Source: Mytilus californianus
Lineage: Eukaryota
NCBI RefSeq assembly: GCF_021869535.1
Contig: NW_026262701.1
Span: 18,786,001 to 18,850,000 of the forward strand
DNA length: 64,000 nt
Direction: 5' to 3'
The notes under the pieces are model-generated. The model was not told the DNA's origin. It did not search any database and saw only the letters and a program-made list of their open reading frames with translations. The translations under genes were made by a program, and so were the position numbers. Positions 48,935 through 62,067 of this stretch are shown piece by piece. Numbering within the stretch: position 1 is the stretch's first letter; the number at the start of each line of letters is the position of its first letter.

Positions 48935-51030
48935 GTATAATGGAAGACGATAAACATTTAAGTATACATACCACCTGTCGTCTTCTTACCTGGACACAGG
49001 ACTTATATATATTATAATAGCGAATGTAAAATTATCGATATGGTTAATTCAGTAGAATAATCTGTATCAATGCACTGGCATGTTAAAGGTAATTTGGTCT
49101 GATTTATAACAAATATATCTCAAATTTTCAGATTATAAATCTAGAAAAAATTATTAAGAAACGAAGGTTTCAGCTCCCTCAGACTAAGTTGACCTAAGAT
49201 GGATTTAGCTCTTATGGAAAAATAAGGAGATGTGGTATGATTGCCAATGAGACAACTATTCAAGAAAGTTCAAATAAAGAGGATGTAAGCAATTATACAT
49301 AGGCAACCGTATGACCTTCAAAAATGAAAAAACGCATACCGTAAAGTCGGCTATAAAAGGCCATGACATGAAAAATATGAAACAATTCAATCAAGAAAAC
49401 TAACAGCCCAATTTATAACAAAGCAATTTACAAAAAAGAAAAAAAAATATGAAACACTTGAAGTAACGACAACCACCGAACTACATGCTCCTGACTTTGG
49501 ACAGGCATATAAAGAATGTGGCGGATGTGTAGCTCCTAAATCTTATCTTTTTTTATACATTCTTTGGCTTTCAAATATTCAACTTTGAACGTTCCTGGTG
49601 AAATTAAATCCAGAAGAGCGTTACGGATGCATGAATTTTATATAGTGTTGTTTTGTGACGTATGGATGTGACGTATTGATGTGAATTAATGTTTTATGTA
49701 TTCAATAACTTCGGCCTCCAAACTTTAGTGTATATATGCAGTTGTTTCATGTAGTTGATATACAAATTTTCACAAACCTTATGATAAGAAGGATGAATTA
49801 ATAGTTAGTTGTTTAACGTCTAGTGGCAATAATTAGATGCATTATTAGGGGGAGAACATTCACTCCACGTTTCTGAATGTATCCTCATTGTGAAATCAAG
49901 AAGAAAAAATCACTAAATGATCAGGCAAAACAAATAATACTGTGTTGAGCTATAAAGCCAAAACGATCCATCGGGAAGGATACATACAAGACCTAAAAGT
50001 TCACTTTTTATTATGTTGAACCAATTTGAAAGTCAAACGTAATGTACTGCATGTATATTTGATGGTTGAATCCTGCATTCTGTATTATTCGCCCACAATG
50101 AAAGCTCGGATTAAAAGGAATTGAAATGATTTAAAAAAAACCAAAAAACAAAGTTATAAATGTACAGAAACAGACAAAAGTGTACTCCATGTCATTGGTG
50201 ATTTAGTTGCATAACATATATTTTGACTCTTATCGTTTTGAATTTGCAAATAATAAACAGCACTTTGCAGCAAGCAAATAATATTCAATCTTATTCATGA
50301 TATGACTTGCATTTCCAGGAAGTGAGCATGTGTTGCGATACACACTGACAGTGTGCGCATTACTAGACCAAATTGCTGGATGGGATATTTTATCTTGATA
50401 GATGCATACGAAACTTCAATGAATTATTTGTATTCATCAAAATACATGTAACTATTATATCCGATAGAAATGAAAAAAAAAATCTATCGGATAAAAACTA
50501 CCGTTTTTTCCTATGAGACAAAATATATCCTATGGAGTCAAATTTTTCCTATGGATTCGTAAAGGACAAAAATATCCTCAGTAAAGGAACAAAATACCCC
50601 CATGATAAAAAAAAACCGTCATTACTAATAATCCTAGAGGGTTCAGATATAGAACCACTAATTCAGGCCCGGTCGGAAAGAGCATACAATAATGTAGGAC
50701 ATATTTTAAACAAAATAGTTCCTACGCATAGCCGTATCTTTATCAATAGGTGAAATATATGGGTAGTTGTTGTATCAAATGAAAGCTTGAGGACTTGGGA
50801 TCACTGTAAAACCCTTGTTGAAAGTTTCTGTTGAATAATAAAGAAGAATATAAAATTATAAGTGGAGGGCACATTTGTCCTTTCTTCAGATCAGAATTTG
50901 TGTACGGTCAATCTTCTTTGAACCAGAACGCTCTAATATGCAATTGAAGGTGAGATCAATTTTTCAGCACAAGTCAGGATGAGGTATAGATTTGACATGA
51001 AATGACTGCCACTTTATTTGAACTAAAGAC

Positions 51031-53265
51031 AAATAAAATTGAGAATGGAAATGAGGAATGTGTCAAAGAGACAACAATCCGACCAAAAAGCAGAAAACAG
51101 CCGAAGGCCACTAATGGGTCTTCAACACAGCGAGAAAATCCCGCACCCGGAGGCGAGCTTCAGCTGGCCCCTAAACAAAAATGTGTACAAGTTCAATGAA
51201 AATGGACGTCACACTAAACTCCAAAACATATAAATGAACAAAATTAAAAAACACACAAGACTTACAATGGCCAGAGGCTTCGGACAGGCGCAAAAATGCG
51301 GCGGCGTGGTTAAACATGTTTTGTGAGATCTCAACCCTCACCCTATACCTCTAGCCAATGTAGGATAAACAAACACACAGCCACACGCACAGTAAAACTC
51401 AGTTCCAAAGAAGTCCGAGTCCGATGTCAGAATAGGTAACAAAAGAAACTAAGCAAAATGACAATGATACATAAATTAACAAAGGACTACTAGCAGTTAC
51501 TGACATGCCAGCTCCAGACTTCAATTAAACTGATTGAAAGAGTTTGCCTCCATCATATGAAAATCAAGCACCGTTAGGGGTTTAGTATCATACCCTCATA
51601 AAATATATGAGAAGAACATAACCCGTATCATGCCCTTCTGAATAAGTCTGTATAAAGGTTTGGTTAGCTTTTGAGGTAAATGTCGACATTTTTGTGCTTT
51701 GTATATAGAATATTACCATAAAAGATTGGATGTGAAATACCTGAACGTTTAGATGTCTGCATGTTGATTTATGTTTACGAATGATGTCCTTGTACCGATG
51801 ATAAAATTTAGTAAATGCTTATACTAGTTTGTGATATCAAAACCCTGGTGTAATAATTTTTCAGTAATACAGAGGTTTCTTTCGTGAAAATCAAATACGT
51901 TGTTACATACACGAGCAAATCGAACAAGTTGAGATATATAAACACAATAAGATGGTGACAAGGGAACGTCACCATCTAAAAATGAATAATTAACAATAGG
52001 AAATGAAAAATCATCACTTTTATCATGAAGTTTGGTATTAAACTTCCCGTTAAAGATATAGATACCAAGATCCAAGAAAGGGCAGTGTTCATTGTTAGCT
52101 TTATTTAAAGTCAGTTAAGCAGGATAAATATCTTTAGTGTCCATACTGAAGTCGTCATTATTGAGAGCCAATATATCATCCAAATATCTAAAAGTGTTAT
52201 TAAATTTTAGTATCAGATGTTGTTTCGATGGGTCTTTGCTGATTTTAGTTATAAATTGTCACTCATAACAACAGGTCCGCAATAAGTTGTGCACAGTAAG
52301 TCCCTATTGGAATTCCGATATCTTGACGATAAACGGAATCTCCATGGCGAACAAAAATGGTATCTAGTAAAAATTCAAGGGCATTTATCGTAACAAAGCA
52401 GGTCCAATTGACATAGTTCTTTTGCCTGTTGTTACTAAAAAAACCTAAAAGAGTTAGAACATATATATTCGCATTCTGACTTTTTAAATAGATATAAGAA
52501 GATGTGGTATGAGTGCCAATGAGACAACTCTCCATCCAAGTCAAAATTTATAAAAGTGAAATATTAAAGGTCAAAGTACGGTCTTCAACACGGAGCCTTG
52601 GCTCACATCGAACAGCAAGCTATACAGGGCCCAAAAATTACTAGTGTAAAACCATTCAAACGGGAAAACCAACGGTCTAATCTATATGAAAAACGAGAAA
52701 CGAGAAACACTTATGAACCACATCAACAAACGACAACTACTGAACATCAGATTCTTGACTTAGTACAGGTGCAAAAAATTGCATCGGGTTTAAACGTTTT
52801 AATGGAACCCAACCTTTACCCTTATCTGAAACAATAGTGTTACATCACAACATAGAAAGACACACTATAAAGTATCAATTGAAATGGCTTAACTCAATCA
52901 AAAGACCTATAAACACCAGTGAACATACACTGAACAAATAAATTTGGTCTATGATACAATGTAAATACAAAATAAATAAACCAAGGTGCCCATTTAATTA
53001 GGTGTGAGAATATTTTCTTAATAAGATTATGAGGCAAAGTGGTATATAGGGTAGAAAAAATAAAAACTTTGAACAGATTCGAAATCACCAATATAAGAAT
53101 TGCAATTTATCAAGTACTCCCAACGAATTTTTAACACTCCAAAAGTAATTAATTCCACTTCTTTCAAATGCCATCTTTGCTCATTTCGTGAATAAATAAA
53201 TCGAATCGTAAACTGATGGTAAAATGACAATAACTCTTTTTGGTATATTGCTTTGAACAATACTT
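51031..53265 (-). mobile_element. Decayed PLE: RT motif A to C-terminus plus long 3' region, with a nested ~500-bp repeat (family A, ~52486-52984)
   Basis: F..FSTLYTTLPHNLIKKIFSHLIKW | KSECEYIC...LEFLLDTIFVRHGDSVYRQDIGIPIGTYCAQLIADLLL, FRYLDDIL, LDLGIYIFNGKFNTKLHDKSDDFSFPIVNYSFLDGDVPLSPSYCVYISQLVRFARVC. Confidence 0.88.
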
Positions 53266-54637
53266 TAGAAAGAAAAGATTTATAAATTGTTTTTTTTTGT
53301 CCAATAATTTGTCACTTTACTAAAATTATGAATCCCACATTTTAAAGTCATTTTCTACGGATACTTAAAACCAAAATACATCATTTTTATTTCTTCATAT
53401 TGGGACAAGGTGAATACCGATCAACGGTAAAGCTATAAAATCAAATAAAATTGCATCAGTTCTAAATTGTATCTGATTTTAGCAATAGTAAAACATGTAT
53501 CAACTATGTCAAGCATACTTGATGTAAAATATATCTAGTGTCAATTGATTTTGGCTACAAGTGGAAAATAACATCTCTAAAATAAAGTATGATGGTATAC
53601 AAATAACCTATAAGTGGAACGTAGGCGTTTGATATATCAAGTATTAATTTGTATGGTATTTAGTTGGATCTGGTATAATATCGGGGCAATTTAAACATTA
53701 TATTATCCTACCTCCTGTTTATACTAAAGACCTTTGCAGTAAAACTACGCAAATCATTCTTAATTAATATCGGAGAAGGAAATTGTTATGTATTTGATGA
53801 ACAATATAAAATAAGTAAAGTTGTATGCGTATGTATTAAAGTTCAAAGCAATAAAAGTAAATCCAAAACGGAAAGTAGACTATACTGTAGACTATACACT
53901 GTTGTCTCTTTGACATATTTCCCATTTACATTCTCAATTTTATACTGATCAATATGACAATAAATAATTAATACACAAGAAGATGAAGGGGTATTGAAAA
54001 ATATAAAATGAGGATAAACTAGATCAGGACCAAAAAAGAGCCATTATAGTACACAAATAATAAACAATGGGCCTCAACCAAACAAACCGGAGTCGACCAA
54101 CCTGTAGGTGCTGCAGGAGGTGGTAAGCATTTTCTGTGCTACTAAGGTTATTCGTTGTGCTGCTTATTACATCTATAAAAATGTGATACTCAATAATATT
54201 GAACAGATTTTAGCTTGTTCACATTGACCACACCCTTGATCACCTGTAGCACAAATTTACTGTTCATTAATTGCCTTCGTAGATTGGTTGATTGATTATT
54301 TCTGTTTGCTTAACGTCCAGTTCATGGCAAATGGCCTCTGTATATGACCTCAACTTTTAAATAACCCGTTAGAATCCTCATTTGTTATTCAGCATAAAAG
54401 AAGCAAACCTATATAAAAGTCCCGTTTGGGAAACCCAGGAATGTCGTATTATTGGAAGATATATATTAGTAATATATACCTAGTATGCAGGTGCTGCTTG
54501 AATGTTGTAACGTGCATGTGCACATATTTACAGGATATATGAATATGGAAGTTCAGTTTTTTACCCGACGCTCACTGTCAATTTAAAGGTTTATGTATGA
54601 ATCAGACCTTCAAGTTAAACATATATCGTGAAGACAT

Positions 54638-54768
54638 NNNNNNNNNNNNNNNNNNNNNNNNNNNNNNNNNNNNNNNNNNNNNNNNNNNNNNNNNNNNNNN
54701 NNNNNNNNNNNNNNNNNNNNNNNNNNNNNNNNNNNNNNNNNNNNNNNNNNNNNNNNNNNNNNNNNNNN
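54638..54768. other. Assembly gap (131 N) with the same 37-mer on both sides
   Basis: ATCAGACCTTCAAGTTAAACATATATCGT(G/A)AAGACAT at 54601-54637 and 54769-54805. Confidence 0.95.
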
Positions 54769-54817
54769 ATCAGACCTTCAAGTTAAACATATATCGTAAA
54801 GACATTTAAATATTCAA

Positions 54818-54819
<2 letters not shown>

Positions 54820-54897
<78 letters not shown>
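54820..54897. repeat. (GAT)26 microsatellite, forming the tail of a minus-strand SINE 3' end
   Basis: Perfect GAT run directly followed by GGTTTGGTGTTTTACGTCCAGTGGCAAATAATCCATGCATA. Confidence 0.9.
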
Positions 54898-54898
<1 letters not shown>

Positions 54899-57800
54899 GT
54901 TTGGTGTTTTACGTCCAGTGGCAAATAATCCATGCATATTAGGACGAAAGAATGTTAATTTAATATATTTTCAGTAGGTGTTCAATGATGTATAAAAATG
55001 ATGATCTTTAATTGGCTGAAAGAGAAATCTTTTTATTTCATCATATTTTTTTCATTTTGTATGAAAACAGCCCATGTCGTTTGAAAGGAACACAAGGTTA
55101 TGGAACTATTAGCTTCCCCCATCTAATTAATCAACGTAGTTTATCGCATTGTTCGTGTACTTCATGCCCTCAGAAATATTTATTTGAAAAAGGCAGTTGA
55201 TAATTCAATATATCGTGTAAATATGAATTACCAATATACATTTTTAACAAGTCAACTAGTATTTTCCTGTGATATAAATGTATAATAATGATTACATTCT
55301 GATAAATATATTACAAGATATCTATTTTAAAATCGACTTCTTCATTGTGCCCATTTCAGCTATATGAGCTACGTACAAATTATGTATATCACGTTGAATG
55401 ATGCTGATTTCATCTTATTAGACAATTTCTTCAAAAGTTCTGTGTTTAAACTTTCACTTTTAGATTTAAAACGTTAATATACATATGTTTATTTATTCCA
55501 AAATCTGTAAATATAAGAATTGGATGCTGTGTTTTTGAACATTTATTCGAAATGAAAGTAAGTGACAATCACATTTTAGCATGAAGCACGGTAATATGAC
55601 AGTCACTTATTATTAGTATTAAAGTGTATTAGAATACAAAGATAAATATGACAAGTATTATCTTTAAAAGATATCTGACGCATTCAGATGTTGGCGAGGA
55701 GTTTAAAACAAACCATGAATTTTTATCTGTTTTTTTGTTATCAAAGTTGCACACAATTTGATGACTATAAAGCCTGACGATTCTGAAAGTTGAGTATATG
55801 CGCTTTTCTCGAAAGAATTGAAATATATACTGGTACTTAACTTAATGTATATATAGGTATTTTTTTCAGAGATAAAGAAGAACATATCCGTGAAATAGAC
55901 ATAAACATAATATATTATAAGGTTACAATCTGTAATGAATAGCAAACTTGAAACAATTTAAAACCATAAAGAAATGTCAATCATAACTATATTTCACGTA
56001 CAACTTTAACAATTAGAGATACAACCTATCTCGATGTGTATATCGGGGATGGACGGACGCCAGTAATTAAATATGCGAAAAATATATTTTCACATTCTTT
56101 AATTCAAGTATGATATTTAGTACTCTTTAAGATTATTCTTACTTCTTGGAAGTTTTAAACTGCACTTACAAGTACACAAAGTCGATACGATACGTTTATA
56201 GCACTTGAGCTATTAATAGCCTGATTGACCAGCATTGGCTTCAGTTGTAGATATAATGAACCTGTCAGTGATATTACCTGCTCATGTATTAAAGGTTAAG
56301 CCTACAAAATCCAAAAAACTTGACAGTGGTAATAATGACGCCTTCTTTACCTGAATTTATTTTTATTATCTTGATAATTTCATTTTTAAGTTTGATTTTA
56401 TGTCCGTTATATTTTTCCTTTTATTGTAGCATATATCTTTTTTTTTTCTTGTTTTTTGTTCTATTCCGTAATTCGTCCAATCAGAGTAATTTAAAGATTA
56501 GTGACATCATGCATTCCGTTACCAGTCAAGCATCCTTAGGTCACAAACCAAAATTATTACTGACTGCGTCAGTAAAAATAAAAGATCTACATGTGTTATA
56601 ACTTCGTCAATAGTAGTTGTATGGTATAGGTTTGTCCTTCAAGGAATTTTTATTTGATGACATTTTTTTATAGTCTTTTGATAGACAAACGTTTCTAGAT
56701 GTAGTCTGATTTAAAAAGTGTACATTTATAAATTTGTTGTATTTTTTTATCGTAAAAAAGGTATGTAGCCTTTTATAGCCGACTATACGGTATGGGTTTT
56801 TCTCATTGTTGAAGGCCGTATGGTTGGCTATAATTGCTTGCATCCACTTTTGTTTTTAACTTTGGTGGATAGTTGTCTCATTGGCAATCATACCTCATCT
56901 CCTTATTTTTATGTATCTAGAAATTAAGAAATAAAGACTTACAAAGTACGTTCACACTATACAACAACCTATAAATACTACATGACGAGATACTAGGGAA
57001 TGGTATCAACTAAGACTACAATAGGTATATAACACATTATAACCAACGTATGTAGAAATGTATAGTGATTTATCAATTATATTGATAGTCTCGATCATCC
57101 AGCCGATTAATTTTTCAAAGTATAGCATCTAGATGATAAATAAAATCGAGATGGTAATTTAGGACAATCGGCCTTTTCCTTAGTTTAAGTGGATAATATC
57201 TAAGACAATTAAACAAGAAGCTGGTTATTGACTAGAAATGGTCGAAATAATTATGACGTCGCTTAAAGCTTTTTATATTGTTTTCGCTGTGTCGCAATAC
57301 ATTGAAAACACCAGACGGCATCACTTCCATCCATGACCGCGAACGAAAATAATAGATAAGCCAACCTTGTTAAGATGCTATAACAATACAAACTGTAACA
57401 TAAACCTTTTGCATTGAGCAGTTATATTTTTTATGCATGTCCGTACTATACAATCAAGTTTATAATAACAGTTAAATGGCAAACTATGTTTACACTGGGA
57501 CCACTCGAACAGTCGTATACTATAAAATAAAATCTGGGATTGATAGCAAATAGTTTATCTTTAAGTACATACATATTTGATGAAAGAGGGTACTGGCGTC
57601 GAAATGTGATGTTCACCCAAAATAAGAATGTTGCATGAGAAAGTTTGCTCTTTGATATATGAAAAAAGTAGGAGGAGAGATTCAGTGTACACATGCCAAA
57701 GAGACAGTTTAAACCATAAGTAGAAGAAAACGGAAAAAAATGTATCTTTAAGATGTCATTTTGCATATACATCCAATATTATAGGGAAACCTAGGACTTT

Positions 57801-59935
57801 TTAACATTTGAAACTAGTTTACAGGTCAGATATAAAGCTAGCTTTTATCATCTATTAATGATAAGAATTGAATGGTTCGTTTATTATACTTTCATAAGGT
57901 TGTAAAAGCCTTGATGTTGAGCCCATTATAATGACGTGCTTACACACTAATAAAAAAAAAAAAAAAAAAAAAAAAGGCGGAAAATACCAAACGGACAAAA
58001 TATTTTACTCAACTTTAAAACATATAGCTTGATCTATACAGATTTGAAAAGGGACACATTATCATGAAAAGTCATTTTGTTTTACTCTTATTCCACTATC
58101 TGAAGTTTTAAATATAATGTTAGTTAACAAAATCGAGACTGGTCAACTTAAAATAGCTAAATACATTTGTTAGTATTATAAAAAGACACAAAAAAAAGTT
58201 TATATATGAATACAAAACTGTTTTCAGAGAAGATAGGAAGAGGCAATATAAACGTGTTTATTTAACGTTAGACACAATGGCATAAAGAATTACGCTGAAA
58301 AGACAATTTTTCGCAAAACAATACACAGAAAAACTATAAATTGAGCAACAATGAAAGGAGGTGTGGGTATATGTCAATGAGGCAGCAACCCAATGTCACA
58401 AATAACTAATAGACACCAGTAGTTCATCATGTAGTCTCAAACAAAAGTTGAAGATAACAGTGCCTTTATGTCAATATGCAGGTATATTTTGACAATCGGG
58501 TTACAATGAAATTAATATATATTTCTATGTTGTAATATTTTTCAAACACTATATGTTTTGTTCATTTATGCTGGTGACAAAAAATGCAAATGGTTTTCAT
58601 ATTTATTTTCTTTTGTAGAGACGAACAAATGTTGATTTTCGAGATATTCATTATATACTTCCACTTTATAAGAATCATTTTCAAAGAAAAAATTCATAAA
58701 ATACTGAGGTATCAATCAGTATAAATAAATCTCAGTACCAAGAATGTTGGGTTAACATTATTTTGACAGTAACCTCAAAGCCAACAAAAAACCCCAAAAA
58801 ATAAAACAAAGCTGTACACATCTATAAATATATATGAAACAAAAATAAAGAAAAACATTTTGTTGTCAGACATGTCAGAGCATTTTAAGACTGGTATTAA
58901 AAAAAAGAAAAAAAACTTTTAAACAATAAAAAACAAAGACAATAGAAGTGGCTTATTGTGTGCAATGACAACATTACTCTACAAATGTATAATACCATTA
59001 CAATATGAGTATAAACATACATGACACATACTTGTTTATTAACCGTAACAGTTTAGTTAGACATTACTATGAATCGTTTGGGGGCATGCAAGTTATTAAG
59101 ATTAAGAAAGAAAGACATGCAATAATAAGGAAACTTTACGTGAGGGAGTTGTATCCTTAAATATTGTACGATCATATTATTTATCTACCGAAATTGTTTT
59201 AATAGAATTTGTCCTTATAATCATACCTGTACCGAGGCACTGGCTACCGATCATGGGTTGCTGTTAATGCTTTACAGAGACTTAAAGGGACAATACTGTT
59301 CCAGTGGCAATACATAAATTTAAATGAGTGGTACAAATTTCCATCCATTTGATGTGTTTGAGCTTTACATAGAAATTAAATTTTTGGAGAAGGTATAATT
59401 CATTCAACTCATAATTGAAAAGCAAAGAAGAATAAAAAAATAAAAAGGGAGTGTTCACATGAGTGGCTTAGTAATGACTTTGGCAGCTGGGCGATATTCT
59501 AAGCAAAGATGATTGTCACTTATGTATCAACTATAAGCCAAATGGCAATCGTACTTCGACCATGTTTGCTAATATGTGTTAGAGTTATCTAGTTTATAAC
59601 TTTATTTGTTTGTAATTAACTGAACGTTGATTTGATACTAAAACATTCCAGAAGAAACAATCATATATATTTTCTCAATAAATTAAAAGTCTTACTGATA
59701 TATACAACACAAGTAGACAGGACAGATGACCGTATTTGATTTCGTAAAATGTTAACAATGATCCAAATTAGCTTGAAAGTCTATTTCGATATCTTTATGA
59801 ATAAAAATTATTATGCAGTAATTATAGTAATTGTAAGCGAATTTTTTGTTTAATCATTTGCAGACAAAATTCAATGGGAAAATGTACAAAAAGAAATGAA
59901 AATTTCTAATCGTTTTCAAATTGCCCGTGTCAGTA

Positions 59936-60383
59936 GGTTGCAATTCTGTAAATACAGACAAAGCAATTTCCCATAGGAACTCCCTTTGCGGCTAAAACTG
60001 TGACACTTTTACTATGAAGTTTCGTGAAAAATAATATCCCAGAACGGAAAGTTTATATGCACTACTATTTTATTCAAAGGTCAAAATATAGGGCTGTGCG
60101 GCATATTTTCAACATTTATATGCCCTGAACTTCTAAGAGTTTAAACTTATACTAAAATTCTATACTACCCTTACCTCCATTTTTGGACCTCCTAAGAATT
60201 AAAATTTAGCCGCTACCATGTTTTTCTATACTGGTTACATTCCCAAGTGATGTCTCTATGAGATGAAACACAGAGATCATCAATGGGAACCAGTACGTTA
60301 ACAAATTAACATACCTATGAATATTAAATATCTCCCCAAAAGAGGCGTGGTTTGAGAAACAGCTGTATTTACAAAGTGCAACC
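59936..60383. mobile_element. 448-bp TIR element (MITE), copy 1
   Basis: Starts GGTTGCAATTCTGTAAATACA and ends TGTATTTACAAAGTGCAACC. Flanks are AGTA (left) and TATA (right). Confidence 0.9.
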
Positions 60384-61619
60384 TATACAAACATTTATTC
60401 AAATAGAAAACTCTCTAAAACACTTTTTCTCACAACAATACTTATTTATCAGAATTATAGCCTTAAAGAAATCACTGCATATACACTAAGTCTCCTTTTA
60501 CAGTACATTTTATACCCCTACCCCTGTTTCAATTTTTTAAAGATTTTGAAAACAAGATTCTAATTATTGCCAGCTTACCCTATGTGCATGTTTTCTGACA
60601 TGAACTGTCTAAAACCTGTTTGAAACTATTCTGATAACAAATTGAAAGCATTTTAGAATACTATGAATGTATTGTTTAGTAGTTAAGCATTCCAACCTTC
60701 AAGATTATACAAAGTATCCAATCCTGCCTGTGTCTCCAGTCCACATCTTACTGTATGCCTTTTTGCCAATGAAAGTTCACAATTTCTGCCTCAAATGGTC
60801 AGTTTAGAATTCTTGTCACAACAGTATCATCCCTAACCATATATCTAACATAAGTTAGTTAATATATGTCCTAGAAGTGTTTAAACAAAGCCATATTTGC
60901 AAAAGTTGTATTGATGAAGATATCAGTCAGGTGCATAAATTCACTAAAAGTTTGATTGAAATGACTGCTTACATCTGATTTTTGCATAACTTCCTAGCAC
61001 AATTATTGTTTACTTTATAAAAGACCTTTAAAATAAAAAAATCATAGCATTTACAAGTTAAATTATCTGTTTTATGACTCAGGGGAAGGCATTTTCTCTG
61101 TTTTTTGCCCCTGGGGCCTCACATTTCCTAATTTTTTTCCCTGTTTCTAGCAATGTGGAATATTTACTACATATTTAGGATAGGACACACTATTGTAAGT
61201 TTTACTGAGGTCTTTTTGTAATTCTAGCTTGTACTTTTTTTATGCCGCAGTCACAAAAAAGCACATTTAGGCGTTACGGCTTACTTTTGGGTTATCGACA
61301 TGACAAAAACACCCCACCAGAAATATTTAGGAAGGATCAATGAGTTGCAATTACTGCGAAGAGTAAATATAAGCACTTCTAAACAATTTAAATTACAAAT
61401 AGGCATATATTATGAATTTATTTTGAATTCAGGGCTTTAAGTAAACCATGCATACTGTAAACTGTGAATTTATGCTGAGTCATCATAGTTAAGGCCCAGG
61501 ATTTTCTCAATCTTCATGAAATATTTATAAAACTTCATATTTGAGTTAAATTCTTTAAAATCTCTGAGATTAACCAGATTTTGTGAAATTCTGTATGTTC
61601 TATTTTTTAACCCTATATA

Positions 61620-62067
61620 GGTTGCAATTCTGTAAATACAGACAATGCAATTTCCCATAGGAACTCCCTTTGCGGCTAAAACTGTGACACTTTTACTATG
61701 AAGTTTCGTGAAAAATAATATCCCAGAACGGAAAGTTTATATGCACTACTATTTTATTCAAAGGTCAAAATATAGGGCTGTGCGGCATATTTTCAACATT
61801 TATATGCCCTGAACTTCTAAGAGTTTAAACTTATACTAAAATTCTATACTACCCTTACCTCCATTTTTGGACCTCCTAAGAATTAAAATTTAGCCGCTAC
61901 CATGTTTTTCTATACTGGTTACATTCCCAAGTGATGTCTCTATGAGATGAAACACAGAGATCATCAATGGGAACCAGTACGTTAACAAATTAACATACCT
62001 ATGAATATTAAATATCTCCCCAAAAGAGGCGTGGTTTGAGAAACAGCTGTATTTACAAAGTGCAACC
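61620..62067. mobile_element. 448-bp TIR element (MITE), copy 2, direct orientation
   Basis: Identical to copy 1 except one substitution found by eye (GACAAAGC/GACAATGC). Flanks are TATA (left) and AGTA (right). Confidence 0.9.
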
